A DNA stretch of 63,046 nucleotides, filler included, from Piptocephalis cylindrospora (lineage: Eukaryota), in the NCBI GenBank assembly GCA_003614145.1. It is 4 parts of 4 records of this genome, joined end to end, with 100 filler letters (N's around TTAATTAATTAA, not from the genome) between each part and the next. Parts side by side here need not be neighbours in the genome. Positions count along the whole stretch, not along the records: positions 15,844 to 31,556 come from KZ987886.1; positions 31,657 to 47,302 come from KZ987887.1; 2 more parts are not named here. The stretch is one strand, 5' to 3'. The position numbers were made by a program, and so were the translations under genes. Below are positions 25,645-38,742 of this stretch, piece after piece. Within the stretch, counting starts at the first letter, position 1. Every line of letters begins with the position of its first letter. The notes under the pieces were generated by a model. The model saw only the letters and a program-made list of their open reading frames with translations, had not been told where the DNA came from and searched no databases.

Positions 25645-28365
25645 CAACAAAAAAGTACCATTTGAGTCGGAGGCGCGGTTGGGTGAAACGGATACCAGCT
25701 GAGATTCATCAGTTAGCCTTAGAAGCGCCCCCTCACCAGAACTAATCCAAGTCCAGGCGAATGTGCATGCGTGATGATCTTCGGATACTGACACGTAAAA
25801 AGCGATTTACACTTGAAATACTAGGGATCAATCCGTAATTATCTAATCGAACTCACCATAAGATCAGTTCCTTTTATCTTAAATGTATAGTGTATCGCTA
25901 GGAAGAGATGGAGGAGATGGAGGGCTCATATTTTCCCATTACTCCTTGTGGCCAAGAGCCTACCAAAATAATACATATTAGCATCGAAAAACCCATTGGT
26001 AAAAGACATACTCACTCGAATATGTCGGCTCGCACCGGCCTGATAATCGCACTGGAGGACTAATCATTCATTCCGGTATTTCGGCGAGGGAAAATACGAT
26101 TTTTCACGGCCAAGGAAGGGCTATGCTTGAGAAGAATCATTCATCTATTTGATGCGGGAGTTTCTGGGATAGATGGATTTACTGAGACGAGTAGGGAGCT
26201 AGCCTTAGGCCGCAACCATGACTCCGTCATAGGCGATCGTAATGCTCATGTCGAGCCCGATGCCGAAGCGGCTCTAGCTGGCCTTGGAGGGAACGATGGT
26301 GTGCGACATGGTGAACAACATGACATTAGCGATAATGAGGACGATACCAGCAGAAGAGGTACATTGCTCTTGTAACCATGATTTTCCATAGCTTTGCCAC
26401 CAAGAAGCTCCTAGTTCAAAGTTTTGAGATATTTTCCATGGCCCACAGAGCCACATCTCCCTAGCCATTAATCATAATTGATAATGACAGTGGGGATCAG
26501 AGCGGCGACGATGCTATCCCTAATCGCAGTTTATTTGGGGAATCCTCCTATGAGATTTACTCTAAAGAGAATATTGAGGTCATTGGCTGACGAGTAAAGG
26601 TTTACCATTCATGTATCCTTCAACCATTTGCACTTAAGCGCACAATTAAATACATCATTGAGAAGTTTTACTCTAATGATTATCGTGTAGATTAATACGG
26701 AAGGTCAAAGAAATTTGAAGGGATGATGTATATAGTGGGTGTTGTGTCGACAGCAAGAGCCAAGTGTGAGTAAGGGGGATGGCAGAGAGAGTCAAAGGCA
26801 GATTGGGCGGGTGGAGTGAATTTTTAAGCGAATGGAAGGTAGCTACTGAGGGATGGGGCCGATGATGGACGGTAGAGTAACTTTTATGAACTCTTTGCGT
26901 AAGAAGTGACTCTAGATTCTTTCTTTTTTATACACAACGGGGTAAGGATAGTCCCTATCATATATTCTATCCCAGATGAGTAGTCAACTCTGAAGATTGG
27001 GAATTGCGGTATTTCGGGAAAGAGCGCAGTATTTCCACGTGAGGCATTCAATGGAGGCACTGTTGCCTTTCTCACATCGCCCCCAAATCCTTTCGTTGCC
27101 CACGATGCCCCTGCATCCAGTCTGTTGTCCATATATTTGCCGAATGTCCCATATCTGAGGGAGCCTAGGGGGCCATTGTAGGGTTCTTCTCTAATGCCAT
27201 ACTTTCCCTTCCATCCCTCCTCATCCGCTCGCTGACCCCTCGCATCATGTCCGGAAAAGATCTTCCTCTTCCCAAGAAATTGACGGACCCCTGGTCGATG
27301 CTTTATGCAATATGGCCTCATAAAAATGACAGGGCCTTTAACAAGACTCCGTTTTCCCTAATGGCCATAATGGCCATACGGAGTTTCTTCCCCGCTCTGG
27401 TCAGATCCTCGCTCTCCGCCCGTATCAGGTGGTTGCGTAACCAGCCGCCCAAGGTCAAGTCATTAATGTCCTCATGGGGATAGCTTAAAGACATTGTAAG
27501 GTGGGATCCGGCAGTGAAATCCCCGCTTTAGTGATTCCTGTTGCTCTTTAGGCCCCCTATAATATCTGTCCCTTGAGTGATTCCCCATATAACAATAAAA
27601 TATTCAACACAAAGGAGGTGCTCTACAGCATCTAAAGGGTAACGAGTCTATTTGTCGTAATACCTTTTCAGCTGTCTACAGGGTATGAATTGGAGAGCAT
27701 TTTCCAACATCAAGCGTCTTCTGGGCCCCAATAGTTGATAGGGAGCATCGAGGAATGTGATGCCTCTATCACAATGGTGTAAATCCTTACCCGTAGCAAA
27801 GGTATTTTTCAAGTCAACCCGGTCCTCCCAATAACTATGATCGTCCCCAATCAGATGCGGTGTTCGGATGTTCATCCGCCTGCTCCACTGACAAAAGCTG
27901 AATTGGACCGATAATCAACTCTACCTAGAGAAGCAGATAGGTAATGTAGATGCAGTCATTTAAACAATCTAAATTATAAGGCCGTCCCATACCGTTTGAT
28001 AAGGGACAAATATACATTCAAGTAATTATTGTGTTTTTATCACGGAATATACCATTAAGGGCGGACAAAGTCGAACACATAACACATGAGGATGGTCCAT
28101 GGTAAAATGGGAAGTAATTTAGTTCCTGATGGGGATAAGACGGGGAAAGTATTGATAACGAGCAGAGACGGTTCATTTTTCCAAGGGGTTTGTATTGACA
28201 CGCAATCTCCCCCTAGCAAATACACTTAGAGATGAGTCAGAACTGAACTAGGCTGGTACCCGACTTTGACCTGGTAAATCCCAGCCATGGCTACTCAGAT
28301 CTAATTAGACCACGTTAAGATCATGGCATTTCCAAGCCCGATTTAGGGGTGGGGTGTTTTAAAAG

Positions 28366-28371
28366 ACGCGT
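28366..28371. promoter_or_regulatory. MCB-like box (ACGCGT) upstream of CKS1
   Basis: aagACGCGTcaag about 115 bp upstream of the ATG. Confidence 0.45.
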
Positions 28372-28483
28372 CAAGAGAATAAGAGAAAACAAAACAAAGC
28401 CTTGTAGCCCCAATCTATCTAACCTTCTCCCCTCCCCTCCCCTCCTCCTTCTCGCTTCACATCATTAACAAACATCCCTCAGG

Positions 28484-28867
28484 ATGACTATCAAGGAAAC
28501 GAGACGTCGGGTAACAAAGCGTTCTGTGTCCAAAACGTCCACATCACCCCTCTCGTACCTGTCGACACAAAAGTACCGAGAACTGAAGGAGGCCATCGAG
28601 CAATACGGTGAGGAGATCCATTATGCAGACCGATACCACGATGACGACCACGAGTACAGGCACGTCATGCTCCCGAAACCGATGAGAAAATTTCTTCCCG
28701 AGAAACCCTACCTGATGACGCCTAGGGAATGGCGGTCCCTGGGGATCCGGCAATCTATCGGATGGCACCATTATCATATCCACAAGCCCGAACCCCATGT
28801 CTTTCTCTTTTGTCGGGAGAGGGACTACCAGACAAAGTATCCCAATGGCAAGCCTGGGGATGAATAG
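28484..28867 (+). CDS. CKS1: Cyclin-dependent kinase regulatory subunit Cks1/Suc1
   Basis: IHYADRYHDDDHEYRHVMLPK...EWRSLGIRQSIGWHHYHIHKPEPHVFLFCR. Confidence 0.97.
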   Translation: MTIKETRRRVTKRSVSKTSTSPLSYLSTQKYRELKEAIEQYGEEIHYADRYHDDDHEYRHVMLPKPMRKFLPEKPYLMTPREWRSLGIRQSIGWHHYHIHKPEPHVFLFCRERDYQTKYPNGKPGDE

Positions 28868-29300
28868 GAGGTAGAGGGGAAGAATGTAAGGATGGAATGT
28901 GGATATGCATATGAATCGATAGGCGAGGGACATGACTATCTCTGATGAGGGGCAAGGAAAAAGTGATATATCCCCCCAGATGAACCATGCTTTATCTCTG
29001 GGGGATCATGCCTCATCACCCCGGAGGGTCATACAAGGTCACAATACACAGGACGGTCATGGATCAAATCATCCGTGCCCAATTTGCTATCTAACATTGC
29101 ATGCAACAACCACGTGACCAGTATCAACAGAGTGAGAAGATGGGGGAAAGAAAGGAAAGAAAAGGAGGTATACACGGATCGCATCCTCAAACCACCCTCA
29201 TCAGCCTGCAGCCACAGCTAAACACTTCTCCTGTCTTGCCTTCCTCCCTTCATCAAATGATTTTCCGTGGAAGGGGGGATAGATGGAAGGGGTGTACGGG

Positions 29301-31347
29301 CTATTGCGAGAGTCCGTCCGCTCGGAGGGTTCCCACAGCAGTTGCACCACGACCATGCCCGCGATTTTTCCCATCCCTCCCGCCCCCACGGCCTCGGTGC
29401 ACATTGCCTCCATTTCCACCCCACATCATGGGGGTAGAAGGTGATTGGGGGCCCGGGTGAGGGAAGGGCTGGTGCCCTTGATTGTGGTGATGTCCAGAAT
29501 GGGGTCTACGGTGGGTGGAGGGATGATGATTCTGGGAGTGACCCTGAGATGTGGGGCTCTGAGCACCGGATCCTCCGCGACCCGAGTGTCCTCCAGTTTG
29601 ACCCAAGGTATCAGATTGAGCCTTTCGATGGTGATGATGTCTACCATAACCGCCAGATCTTCCTCGTCCCTTGGGCCTACCCTCCCCTCCCTTTTGACCC
29701 TTTTCCCGACTCGAGGGCTTTTCTCCCTTCTTGGCCATATCCTCAGTTCTTTTGGACTTGAGGACACTTTCCGTCTCCGAGTCACCCTTCAACTCATTTT
29801 CTTTCCTCTTGCCCTCGGTAATTACGCTCTTTTCTTTTGTCTCTGTAATTACCTTCTTGTCCACAACCACTTCTTCCACTATGGTAGGTTCTGGTCTCTT
29901 ATTCGTTTGATCCTCAGTCCTTGGATACTCATGGACTTTCCCGGATTCATCTATGTCCTTCTCCGTAATTCTGGGATGAGGGCGCAGTTGAATGGGGGGA
30001 GGAAGAGGATTATCGACTGGAGAGAGGATTTCGGACATGGACATGAACTGAAGACCTCCCTTGGGCAGAGGGATGGTATGGGGAGGAATAAACTCATCAG
30101 GCTCCCCTTCCTCCAAGGTCCGGATGGTCGATTCGATCGGGGCAGTGTTGTAGGGCGCGGTGGGCTCGTAAACCCCCGAGGAGGAAAGAGATGAGATGGA
30201 GGAATAGAGGGTGGAGGAGGCCGAAGATCCCGAAAGAGAAACGTCCTCCTCATCATCCCCTTCGACCTGTTCATTGATCTCTTCTTTGACCTCATCCTCT
30301 CCTTCAACTTCATCTTCTCCCTTAACTTCATCTTCTTTTTCGGCATCATTCTCTTCTCCGACCTCCTTTTCTTCCTCCATAGGAGCGGGAGCCCAACGGG
30401 AAAGGCGTTTGGATAAAATGGAAGAGGGGAGAGGAAGGTCGGTAGGGAGAGAGATAATCTCCTCAAATCCTTCGGGGCCCGTGCCCAGATCAAGGGTTTG
30501 GGGCACTGTAGGTTCGGTAAGGAAGCTTGACCATTGATCCAGTTGACGAGTCACAGTCTCCTCCCACCCTTCCTGAGGAACACCTCCTTGGATCTTTTCC
30601 CATTGATCTAGGAAACGAAACATGGCTTCGTTGGCCCATTTCAAGGCCTGGCGCTCCTTGACCTCCTCTTCATCCTCCCTCTCCGTACTCTGGGAAGCGT
30701 GACGTACAAGGTGAAGGAGGGGAAGAAGTGAGAGAAGAGAGGAAGAGTGAGTGGACTTGATCAAGGCCTCCCTTTCCTCCATTCTCTCCTTGTTTCGTAG
30801 CCAAATGTCCTGCTTTCTCCTCTTGGCCTCCTGTATAGTATCATAGATGGGGAGGGAAGATATGAGTGAGTAGACTTTGGAGTACAACGTCACCTTTCCT
30901 TCACTGGGAAGGTATTTACCTCACGGTCCAAATCGAGGAATTGTTTGTGAATCTCATTCAACTCCTCAATAGCACCCCGGATTTGTGGGCCTGACTGAAC
31001 AGCATGAACTTGGTCCTTCTCCAGGGCTTTTCCAGCTTCCTGTTCCTCCGCGTATCGATCAATTTTGTTCTACAGAAACAGTAATCAGATCATGTTAGAG
31101 TATGGTGAATCAAAGGGAAAGTGATTTAGTTCTTGCATCCCTTTCCATTGCCAAAAACAATGATGTTTTCCTGCTCGATCGCGTCTCTAATGGTAATACT
31201 AAGACCTACCATGCGCTTATTCAAAGTGCGGAGCCGACGGGCCAAAATGTCGGCAGTGGGTGTCTCCCCATTGGCCGACACCGAGGGTGATTGGTGAGCT
31301 GGGGCGAAGGTAACATGCTTGGTGCCGGATTTTGGCAGAGAGGACAT
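29301..31347 (-). CDS. Caprin-like protein (N-terminal HR1-type coiled coil, acidic disordered middle, RG/RGG tail); 3 exons
   Basis: Spliced N-terminus LARRLRTLNKRM|NKIDRYAEEQEAGKALEKDQVHAVQSGPQIRGAIEELNEIHKQF; tail GRGRSGG...HRGRGGGRDGKNRGHGRG. Confidence 0.65.
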
Positions 31348-31556
31348 GTTGTAATCGGAAGGAGGGGAGGGGGGAGGAGTGAGGGAGAAATAAAAAGAAA
31401 GAGATCAAAAGGGATGAATGGGTCGATGGGTGAACGAAGATTGGTGGGGTAGTGATGATGAATGGAGGAGGGATAGGGGGATGAAGAAAAAGAAAGGGCA
31501 GCGAGGATGGAAAGGGAAACAAAGGAGCTGGCAGACAGCCAGATAAAAATCTCCCT

Positions 31557-31656
31557 NNNNNNNNNNNNNNNNNNNNNNNNNNNNNNNNNNNNNNNNNNNN
31601 TTAATTAATTAANNNNNNNNNNNNNNNNNNNNNNNNNNNNNNNNNNNNNNNNNNNN
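31557..31656. other. Artificial contig-join spacer
   Basis: N44-TTAATTAATTAA-N44. Confidence 0.98.
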
Positions 31657-32574
31657 GCAGGAGCAGGAAAATTAGGGGGGGCGGGGGGGGTAAAGGGAAA
31701 GGCGATGAGGGAAGAGGCAATACAGAAATGTTACTGACCTAAGGAGAAGTCGTGACCGGAAGGCAATAAGAAAGGAAAAGGAAAGGTCAGAATTGGTCCA
31801 ACCCAGTTCAACAAGTACGCCAAGGAAGAGAGATCAAGAAGAGGGAAACAAGATGGGAAACAAGAGGAGGTAGATGACCGTGCTCTTGATGAAGAGATGC
31901 AATTGATACTTACACTCATCGGCAGCCCCCAGAAAGATGGGAGTACTTAAGTAACCCCATTTTATTCGCTGATCACATGATTCATGGGCACTCGAGGTGT
32001 GATGCCGTGTGTGGAGGTGAATGAATGTGACTTGAATATTTTAAAGATGAATTGATGAGGGAATACCACATAGAAAGCTTACTTGAATTCATTTAAACCT
32101 TTTGCCAGAGTAGCGCACTGTTATTCGATTTTCACTTGGAATTGAAAAAGACATGGCTTAGTCTCTCTCTCCACTACGTAGGGCTTTAAATGATCGACGT
32201 TATTTATGTACGTAGGATTGATTTTATACAAGGAAGAAGTGACGGAATCGTGAAAAGGATAACTTCCTTGAAGGTCGATTTATATGCACTTTTAAAACAC
32301 ATTTCTCCAACGCATCTTCATTACATATCATTATCATGTAATAAAGTAGAGCGAATCTGGTCAGGATAATCTGCCTTAACATAACATTACCGTATAACTT
32401 AGTCACATCAAAGGCTATTCCGATATAGAAAGTGAAAATGGATAAATTCATACTAAAATAATCATGAGAGATGGATGGAATAGCAAATAAAAGAGAGAGA
32501 AAAAGCAGAAGAAAGGGTTGAGGGGTAGAGTACTACTACCGTCATTAATGGCAATATGCTGTAGACAAGGAGCC

Positions 32575-33102
32575 TCAATCAGAATTGTCAGTGCGGCAAG
32601 GAGTTTTCTTGGGCTCGGAGGCGTTGTACTTTTTCGGAGAGGAGGACTGAGTCCGTCTCCGAAGGGATCGGATGAGGTCAAGCTCCTGTTGCAAGGATCG
32701 CCTCTGAGCCTCCATGGCCTTGAGGGAGCCCTCGGAGCGAACAAGAATGGCATCCAGTCTCTTGAGGGTCCTCTGGGCCTTACGAGCCGTGGGTGAAAGG
32801 GTTGCACCGGGACTGGGGCCTTTTCCACTCAAGTCACGGAGCGTGGGAGGATGAGTGGGGGAAGAGGGGTGACCAAGGATGAAGCATAGCTCCCGGTAGG
32901 GACTGGCCCGGATATGCTCTTGCTGAAGGGTGGATCGGTCTAGGACTCCGGGTGCTTGCTGGATCTCATGGGATCCAAGAGTGGCCCCACGAAGGGAAGT
33001 GGAATGAAAGGGCCGGCGGGGAATCTGAGATCGAGGGATCGATCGAGAGGGCATCAGCGACCTGAAAGACCGAAAATGGGACGCTAGATGGGGTCCGGAC
33101 AT
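32575..33102 (-). CDS. Hypothetical protein, 175 aa, with mitochondrial-presequence-like N-terminus and C-terminal coiled coil
   Basis: R/S-rich, acid-free N-terminus (HFRSFRSLMPSRSIPRSQIPRRPFHSTSLR); preceded by a pyrimidine-rich leader like other genes here. Confidence 0.55.
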   Translation of the reverse strand: MSGPHLASHFRSFRSLMPSRSIPRSQIPRRPFHSTSLRGATLGSHEIQQAPGVLDRSTLQQEHIRASPYRELCFILGHPSSPTHPPTLRDLSGKGPSPGATLSPTARKAQRTLKRLDAILVRSEGSLKAMEAQRRSLQQELDLIRSLRRRTQSSSPKKYNASEPKKTPCRTDNSD

Positions 33103-34303
33103 GACGAAAAGCAGAGGGGAACGGGAAAGGGAGAAAGAGGGGGGGGGGGGAGACTAGTGCGGTCTAAGGCAATGATATCTAATGACAGAATCTCGAAAGA
33201 TGAAGAAGTGGATAATCAAAGAAGGGCAGAGGTAGAAAGTGTGTGAGCGGGTAAGAAGAGAGAGGAGAGGAAAGAAGCAAGGGATGGATCGGATGATCAA
33301 AAGCCCTAGGACTAGTTGGCCCTTTTCCCCTCGTCGCCCTTGCTTTTATACTCTCTCTCTCTCATTCACACTTGGTGTCGGGGGGGCCTGGTCGGACTGA
33401 CTGTTTGATGACGGCCAGGTCAGGAGGAACAGAGGAAGGTCCCATGCATGATGGAGAGATGATGAGGCCCTCCCAGTGACGGTGGGATAATGAGTGTGGG
33501 GAGGCTTTCCCGTGGATGGGGATATAGGATGGCTGAGTGCGGATGGTGGTACAGCCGGTGACCCATGTAACCCTCTCCTTATCCGTCTCCCTTTCTTTTC
33601 TTTCCCCTAGATATGCTTTCTCGATGACTGAACTTTCCCCCCCCCCCCTCTCTTCTACGGACACAAAAATAGTATGATACGGGGAGGCCCCACCCACATG
33701 GGCACATCCTTCCTCAACCTACGTAAGCAAGTATTGGCCTTTCATCCCTCATCATTTCTGTTAACGAATAATGGGGGAAGGGGAGGGGGAGGGTGGGAGA
33801 ATGCCAAAGAGCAGCTTAACTGGCTGATGAGGTAATGTGATGCATGACACCGGAGGGCCAGTACCAAGGCAGAAGGAATGTAGGAATTTAAGGCATGACA
33901 GACATACCAAGAAAGATAGAGCATGGTGTGGAGGGGGGCAATAGATGATTGATTAAGAATGAGGTTCTGTAAGGACCGTATTTTTTGTGCAGGATACGTG
34001 CTCGAGGTGGTAGGCATTTACTCGCTTGGACAAGGTATCCTCCTCCTGGTGCTAATATTTCTATTTTCCTCTTGAAAACTAGGAGATGCATGATTGTATT
34101 TTTTAACATCCTTTAAAAAACAGTAATGAGAATGCTATTTTATTTCAACATCAAGTGAATAAGGCAGGGTGATTTAACGCATACTGTTAATATTGTTGAT
34201 AAGAGGAGGTAAACTGATGACACAGTTTATTCCAATCACGATAAGGCCATTCCTCCTTCCCCCTCCCTTCGTTTACCCTTAGATCACTGCTGCTTACTGA
34301 TCA

Positions 34304-35158
34304 TCAAACAGAGGTAATCTTACGAATAAAATCTATACGAGAAAGGTAATAGGACACTGTGGAGTGAGTGCGGCGCATCATCATCATCCATTAAGGCGCA
34401 TCCCCTTCTAGACTTACCCTCACATCGAATGCATCCGTCCCGATTGACCTCTAGACCCCGGACAAGATCATCTACCTCCTTCTCCGTTAACTTATCCCCA
34501 AGTTCTCCGAGGACTAATGGGGAGAGGTGGAACAGAGTGAGATGGTATGAGATGGAACGTCTCTTGCCGCCTCCAAAAACAAAAGTAATGACTTACTGTA
34601 GCGAAGTTCCCGGAGGGGCAATAGACCAGTATCTTCTTTATCAAATGCCCGAAGGGTCTCGGTCAAGGAAGCATTAAGCACGTACCCTTCTGGCTCCTCG
34701 GATGGGAGGATACTGACAAATTCCTCATAATCTAGGCCTTCTATGCCTTTTTCTACTTTGTTTCCCCAAGAGAGGATGCGGGATATGATCAGTGAAAGTG
34801 GGCAGACACCTTCCCGTTCCATCACTACGCGTAATTTCATTACCTTTAAATGGTGCAATTCGACTGGCAATGTCTCCCTCGGTCGGATTCCTTCCAGCTG
34901 CTCGAAAGGCCGGCCCTACCATGGCAAGAGTAAGCTTTCCTTTCCCCTCCTCGTCAAATGATGAGAATATCTCCTTGAGCTCTGAGGGAGTGTAGCATGG
35001 ATTAAATTAGAGGTCTAGATTTGATAGATCGTATTTTCATAATCCAGCTTACCGGCTTGTTGATCAGCTGTACGAGTGGTGCTGGACTGTTGTTTAGGAA
35101 GGGGGATTTGAGCGAGATGGCGTGTGCTCCTCTCCTCTCACCTGGAGCGACTTACCAT
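34304..35158 (-). CDS. EF-hand myosin light chain (Mlc1/Cdc4-like), 6 exons, first exon is ATG only
   Basis: ELKEIFSSFDEEGKGKL...AFRAAGRNPTEGDI...LDYEEFVSIL...LRAFDKEDTGLLPLRELRY|.LGELGDKLTEKEVDDLVRGLEVNRDG...FIRKITSV*. Confidence 0.88.
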
Positions 35159-35626
35159 GGTGAGATGATTTGAAGGAAGTTTGACGAATAAATGGTGAGA
35201 GAGGGATGTAGGGAGAAAGGATGAGGAGCTCAAGATACCCAGGCATACGATGCCCCTTTATACAGTGGAGGGTAATCCTTGAGAATCACAGTGACATCCC
35301 CTGGTCATATGAGCGGAGGACGACTGGTCTCTGCGTGCCATCCCCGACAGCGGGGAAAGGGTCCCATATCTCCCTTGATGCTTCAATGAGGTGTGTAGCG
35401 TGGGAGACAAGGTAGGCTGGGGAGGGTGAGCCAGGCCTTCATCGCTAGCAGCATGAGGGGATACGGTGCTCAGAGAGAAAGGGGTTGATTATCAAACATT
35501 TACATGAGTGACTGTGTATTCCTCTTACATTGACCATTCAATCTAGCTATGCGCAATAGGGCAGTCTCTATTATCAAATACAACCAAGCCAATGCCCCTC
35601 CACCTCAGCTCCAGTACACAGTCTCA

Positions 35627-37204
35627 TCATTTCCTTTCCGTTTTCCTTAATGATCCCGGGGAAAAGTAAGATGCTCGTAATGCCCTATCTCCCGATTGCA
35701 TCAACGGGGATGATGTACCAGGGCGCCCAAGGAGCTTCTTGGCTGCGGATGAGAGCATATTATACTGAAGACGTCTGTAGGAGAAAGGAGTATATTAGTC
35801 ATCCTTCTCTCTCTCTCTCTCTCGTGTTCTCTCTCTTGCCCTTACCTTGGCGTGCCATTCCCGCCACGAAAGACTCCTCCACCAGATCTTGAGGATCCAG
35901 GAGTAGAGGCACCCCCGGAAGGGGTGGCCTTTCTCTGACGTATTCTGGATGCTGCCCTTTCCTGTAGTCTTACCCCAACCTGTTCTCTCTTGGATGGCTC
36001 GGGTAATCGGAATGTTCCTATCCATGGGCCAGAGGAGATTAAATTTATGTTCACCCCTCCCCTCGTCCTCTTAAACCCCACTTACTTGGCGACCCATTGC
36101 CGTGAGGAGACATGAGGTATGGGGTGGAGTGAACCTTTTCCGGAGTGGGCGGTTCAATGTCCCGATTCCGAGGGATCATCTTGTACCCTGCGATACACGG
36201 TGTGCCCGGGGAATCTATCATTGAGGCATGTCCATTGACGATGTCTATGAGTCAGAGATCCCATCCTTGCTTTAGCCTATTCCCATGTTTAGCCCAACCC
36301 GCCCCTTACCTTGATGTCGCTTTTGCGTACTCAGTGTGGAATTGGGAGAGGATGCGCCCTCAAACCTTCTCTCCAGATCCTCTACCCACTCTTCGGGAAA
36401 TCGAGTGTTTTCATACACTGTTCGCTTAGGTTCCCCCCGCATCATCCACCTAGAGTCTGAGGTACCATAGCTCCCTTCCGGGGGAAACATAAGCGCGTTC
36501 TTGGACGAATCTATCCCTTCCTCTAATAGTCGCCTTTCTCCTACCCTATCCTCCTCCTTGTCCTCAATAGCCAGCGGGCGCTGGGGTTCCAAGGATGATC
36601 GAGGAGCCGTGTATCGTCGATACTTTTCCTCCTGTTGGTGATGCATCTTTTGGAGGATCGCATTAAACGATGCATTATCCTCCCCGGTATATCGAGTCTG
36701 AAAGGCATCTAACCTAAGGTTTTTCATATCTTCGGACTGAGTCGGTAGATGACCAGGCTGGGACGGAGAAGGGTTGAAGGCCAGCGTCCCAGGTTCGAGA
36801 GAAGGAGTCATGGCAGAAGGCGTCATCCCAGAAGGCGTCATCCCTGGAGGTATCATGGTAGGGGATATCCATCCAGTTACATCATTCCCTCGTCCCAATG
36901 CCCTTATGTCTGAGCGTATAGCCCGATACTGATCCATAGGAGTCCCTCCCCCCAAGACAGGTCCCGAGCCCTCCTCCACAGATCCGAGAAAGGAGTTCTG
37001 CGCTTTGAGTCGACGTATGTGAGGAAAGAAGTCCCGTTCGACAATATGAGAGACTGCATCAGCGTACTCTTCCTCCTCCAGAACCTCCTGTCGCTGGACG
37101 CTGTACGGGGAAGGAAGTTTGGTTGCGGTTGCCATGGAGGCTACCACAGCGGTCAGGTCAGGCCGGGGGATCAGGGCTTCTGTTTTCCCTGGTGAAGTTG
37201 GCAT
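35627..37204 (-). CDS. ESS2: Splicing factor ESS2/DGCR14 (Es2 family), multi-exon
   Basis: VLEEEEYADAVSHIVERDFFPH, LRLDAFQTRYTGEDNASFNAIL, KNALMFPPEG, YENTRF, TFRLPEPSKRE, LSSAAKKLL...DRALRASY. Confidence 0.9.
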
Positions 37205-37547
37205 CTTAGAGAGGAAGGATAGAGGGGTGAAAGATGATTGTGATTGTGATTGTAATGGTGATGAAGAAAGAGGTGATGAAGAAAGATGGTGTGCGTTCAT
37301 TATCCTCACTAAAACCCCTTGATCCCTGGATTGTTTTAAATTGCCCACTTTCATGGAGGAAACAAGCAGCATCGCGGTAAGACCCATTCCGTTTATACCG
37401 TTGTACGTACACTCTTTTCCGGAAATACTCCCAGTAAAAATCAATGAGCCAAGGCACATTATAAAGTCCACCATCTCTTGAAAATGGATACTGGGCTATA
37501 AGCTACCATAATCACTGGATAGCCACAACCAATTCCAATTCCTAGTC

Positions 37548-38742
37548 CTAATGCTTCAATGACCGGCTCTTCTTGGATGCCTTTTCCTCATTCTTGGACC
37601 CAGCTGCCCTCTTCGTTCCAGAGCTACGTTCTGTCTGTTCTAATGAGTCTTTGCTTCCTCTCATGGGAAGAATAACAATGGCCGATTTTATCGCACTTCT
37701 TCTGGCCTCTACATGTCCCGGTAAGCCCATCCAAGGAGGTTAATATGAGCGCATGCCTTCAAAGCTCATCATCTCCGATCTTACCTGCATGAAGGATAAT
37801 TCGTCGAGGTGTCGTGACCAGTGCATCCCTAGCCTCATTGGGACTCATGTTGAACAAAGAAGCCAAATTCATCACATCCGACGGTCCTCGTAGACTCAAT
37901 GCATGTGATGCTCCGCTTGAAATAAGAATGTTCCGACCTCTCGAGGCTCTCACCAACCCTTGCGCATTTGAGATCAGTTGCCGACGTGATGCTGCGTCTG
38001 GGTACTTGCGGCGTTAGTAACGATTTATACAAAATGTTCCTCTTCTTCACCTACCATGAATAGCAGACCCATAGCAGATCTCAAAGTATATGCCTCGTTG
38101 AACCGCTTGGCCTACCTGACTGTACTTGAAGTGAAAGTTTAATCGTCGGGACAGATCCACCGAGATAATGTCTATCGCCTCCTGATCCATCGTGCATGCG
38201 GCTATGAAGCTTGCTTCATCCCCCGGTCTAATGGCAATCAAATCAAAGCTCTTCTCCACGGCCGCCAACGCGCTCTATGCGTTCAAGGAGGATGCGTGGT
38301 CAGGGTAAGGTGCTTATCCATCCCATGATTCAAAGCCACTCCTTACAATTCGACCATTCGTATTATTCTGTCCCGTGGGGATGGTGCATCGATGTAACAC
38401 CCGTTTTCCTTTGGGGACTTTGCACACCTCTTCCTCGATACCCTATAATTGACATGCCATGTCATCAGGAGGTGAGTGTTTATCAGATCTTTTAGCCGTA
38501 CTCGTCCATGCACTTACCTTGACTTGCTTGGTTGACGGGTCTACCACTCGATCCACCGCAATGGTAGAGTATCCCACTATAATATCAAGCATCAATGGGG
38601 AGGAAGAATGAGCTCAGCCATTGAACTATGTAGTTGGGTTGCAAGTCTCCCTCCTCTACCTACAGTGCATCGCCCTTAACACGGTCTTTTCCAGCAAAGA
38701 AGACTTGCCAGTACCTATATCAAGGCTAAGGTCACAATACAT
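37548..38742 (-). CDS. RPP1: RNase P/MRP subunit p30 (Rpp1), multi-exon
   Basis: MYCDL..., GYSTIAVDR, FDLIAIRPGDEASFIAAC, IDIISVDLSRRLNFHFK, RGIYFEICYG, GRNILISSGA...LRGPSDVMNL. Confidence 0.92.

Noticed and set aside
29445..30194. Long antisense ORFs (also 1884-2519, 56521-57033, 58556-59065)
   Set aside because: They are shadows of real genes on the opposite strand, caused by codon bias and low complexity.
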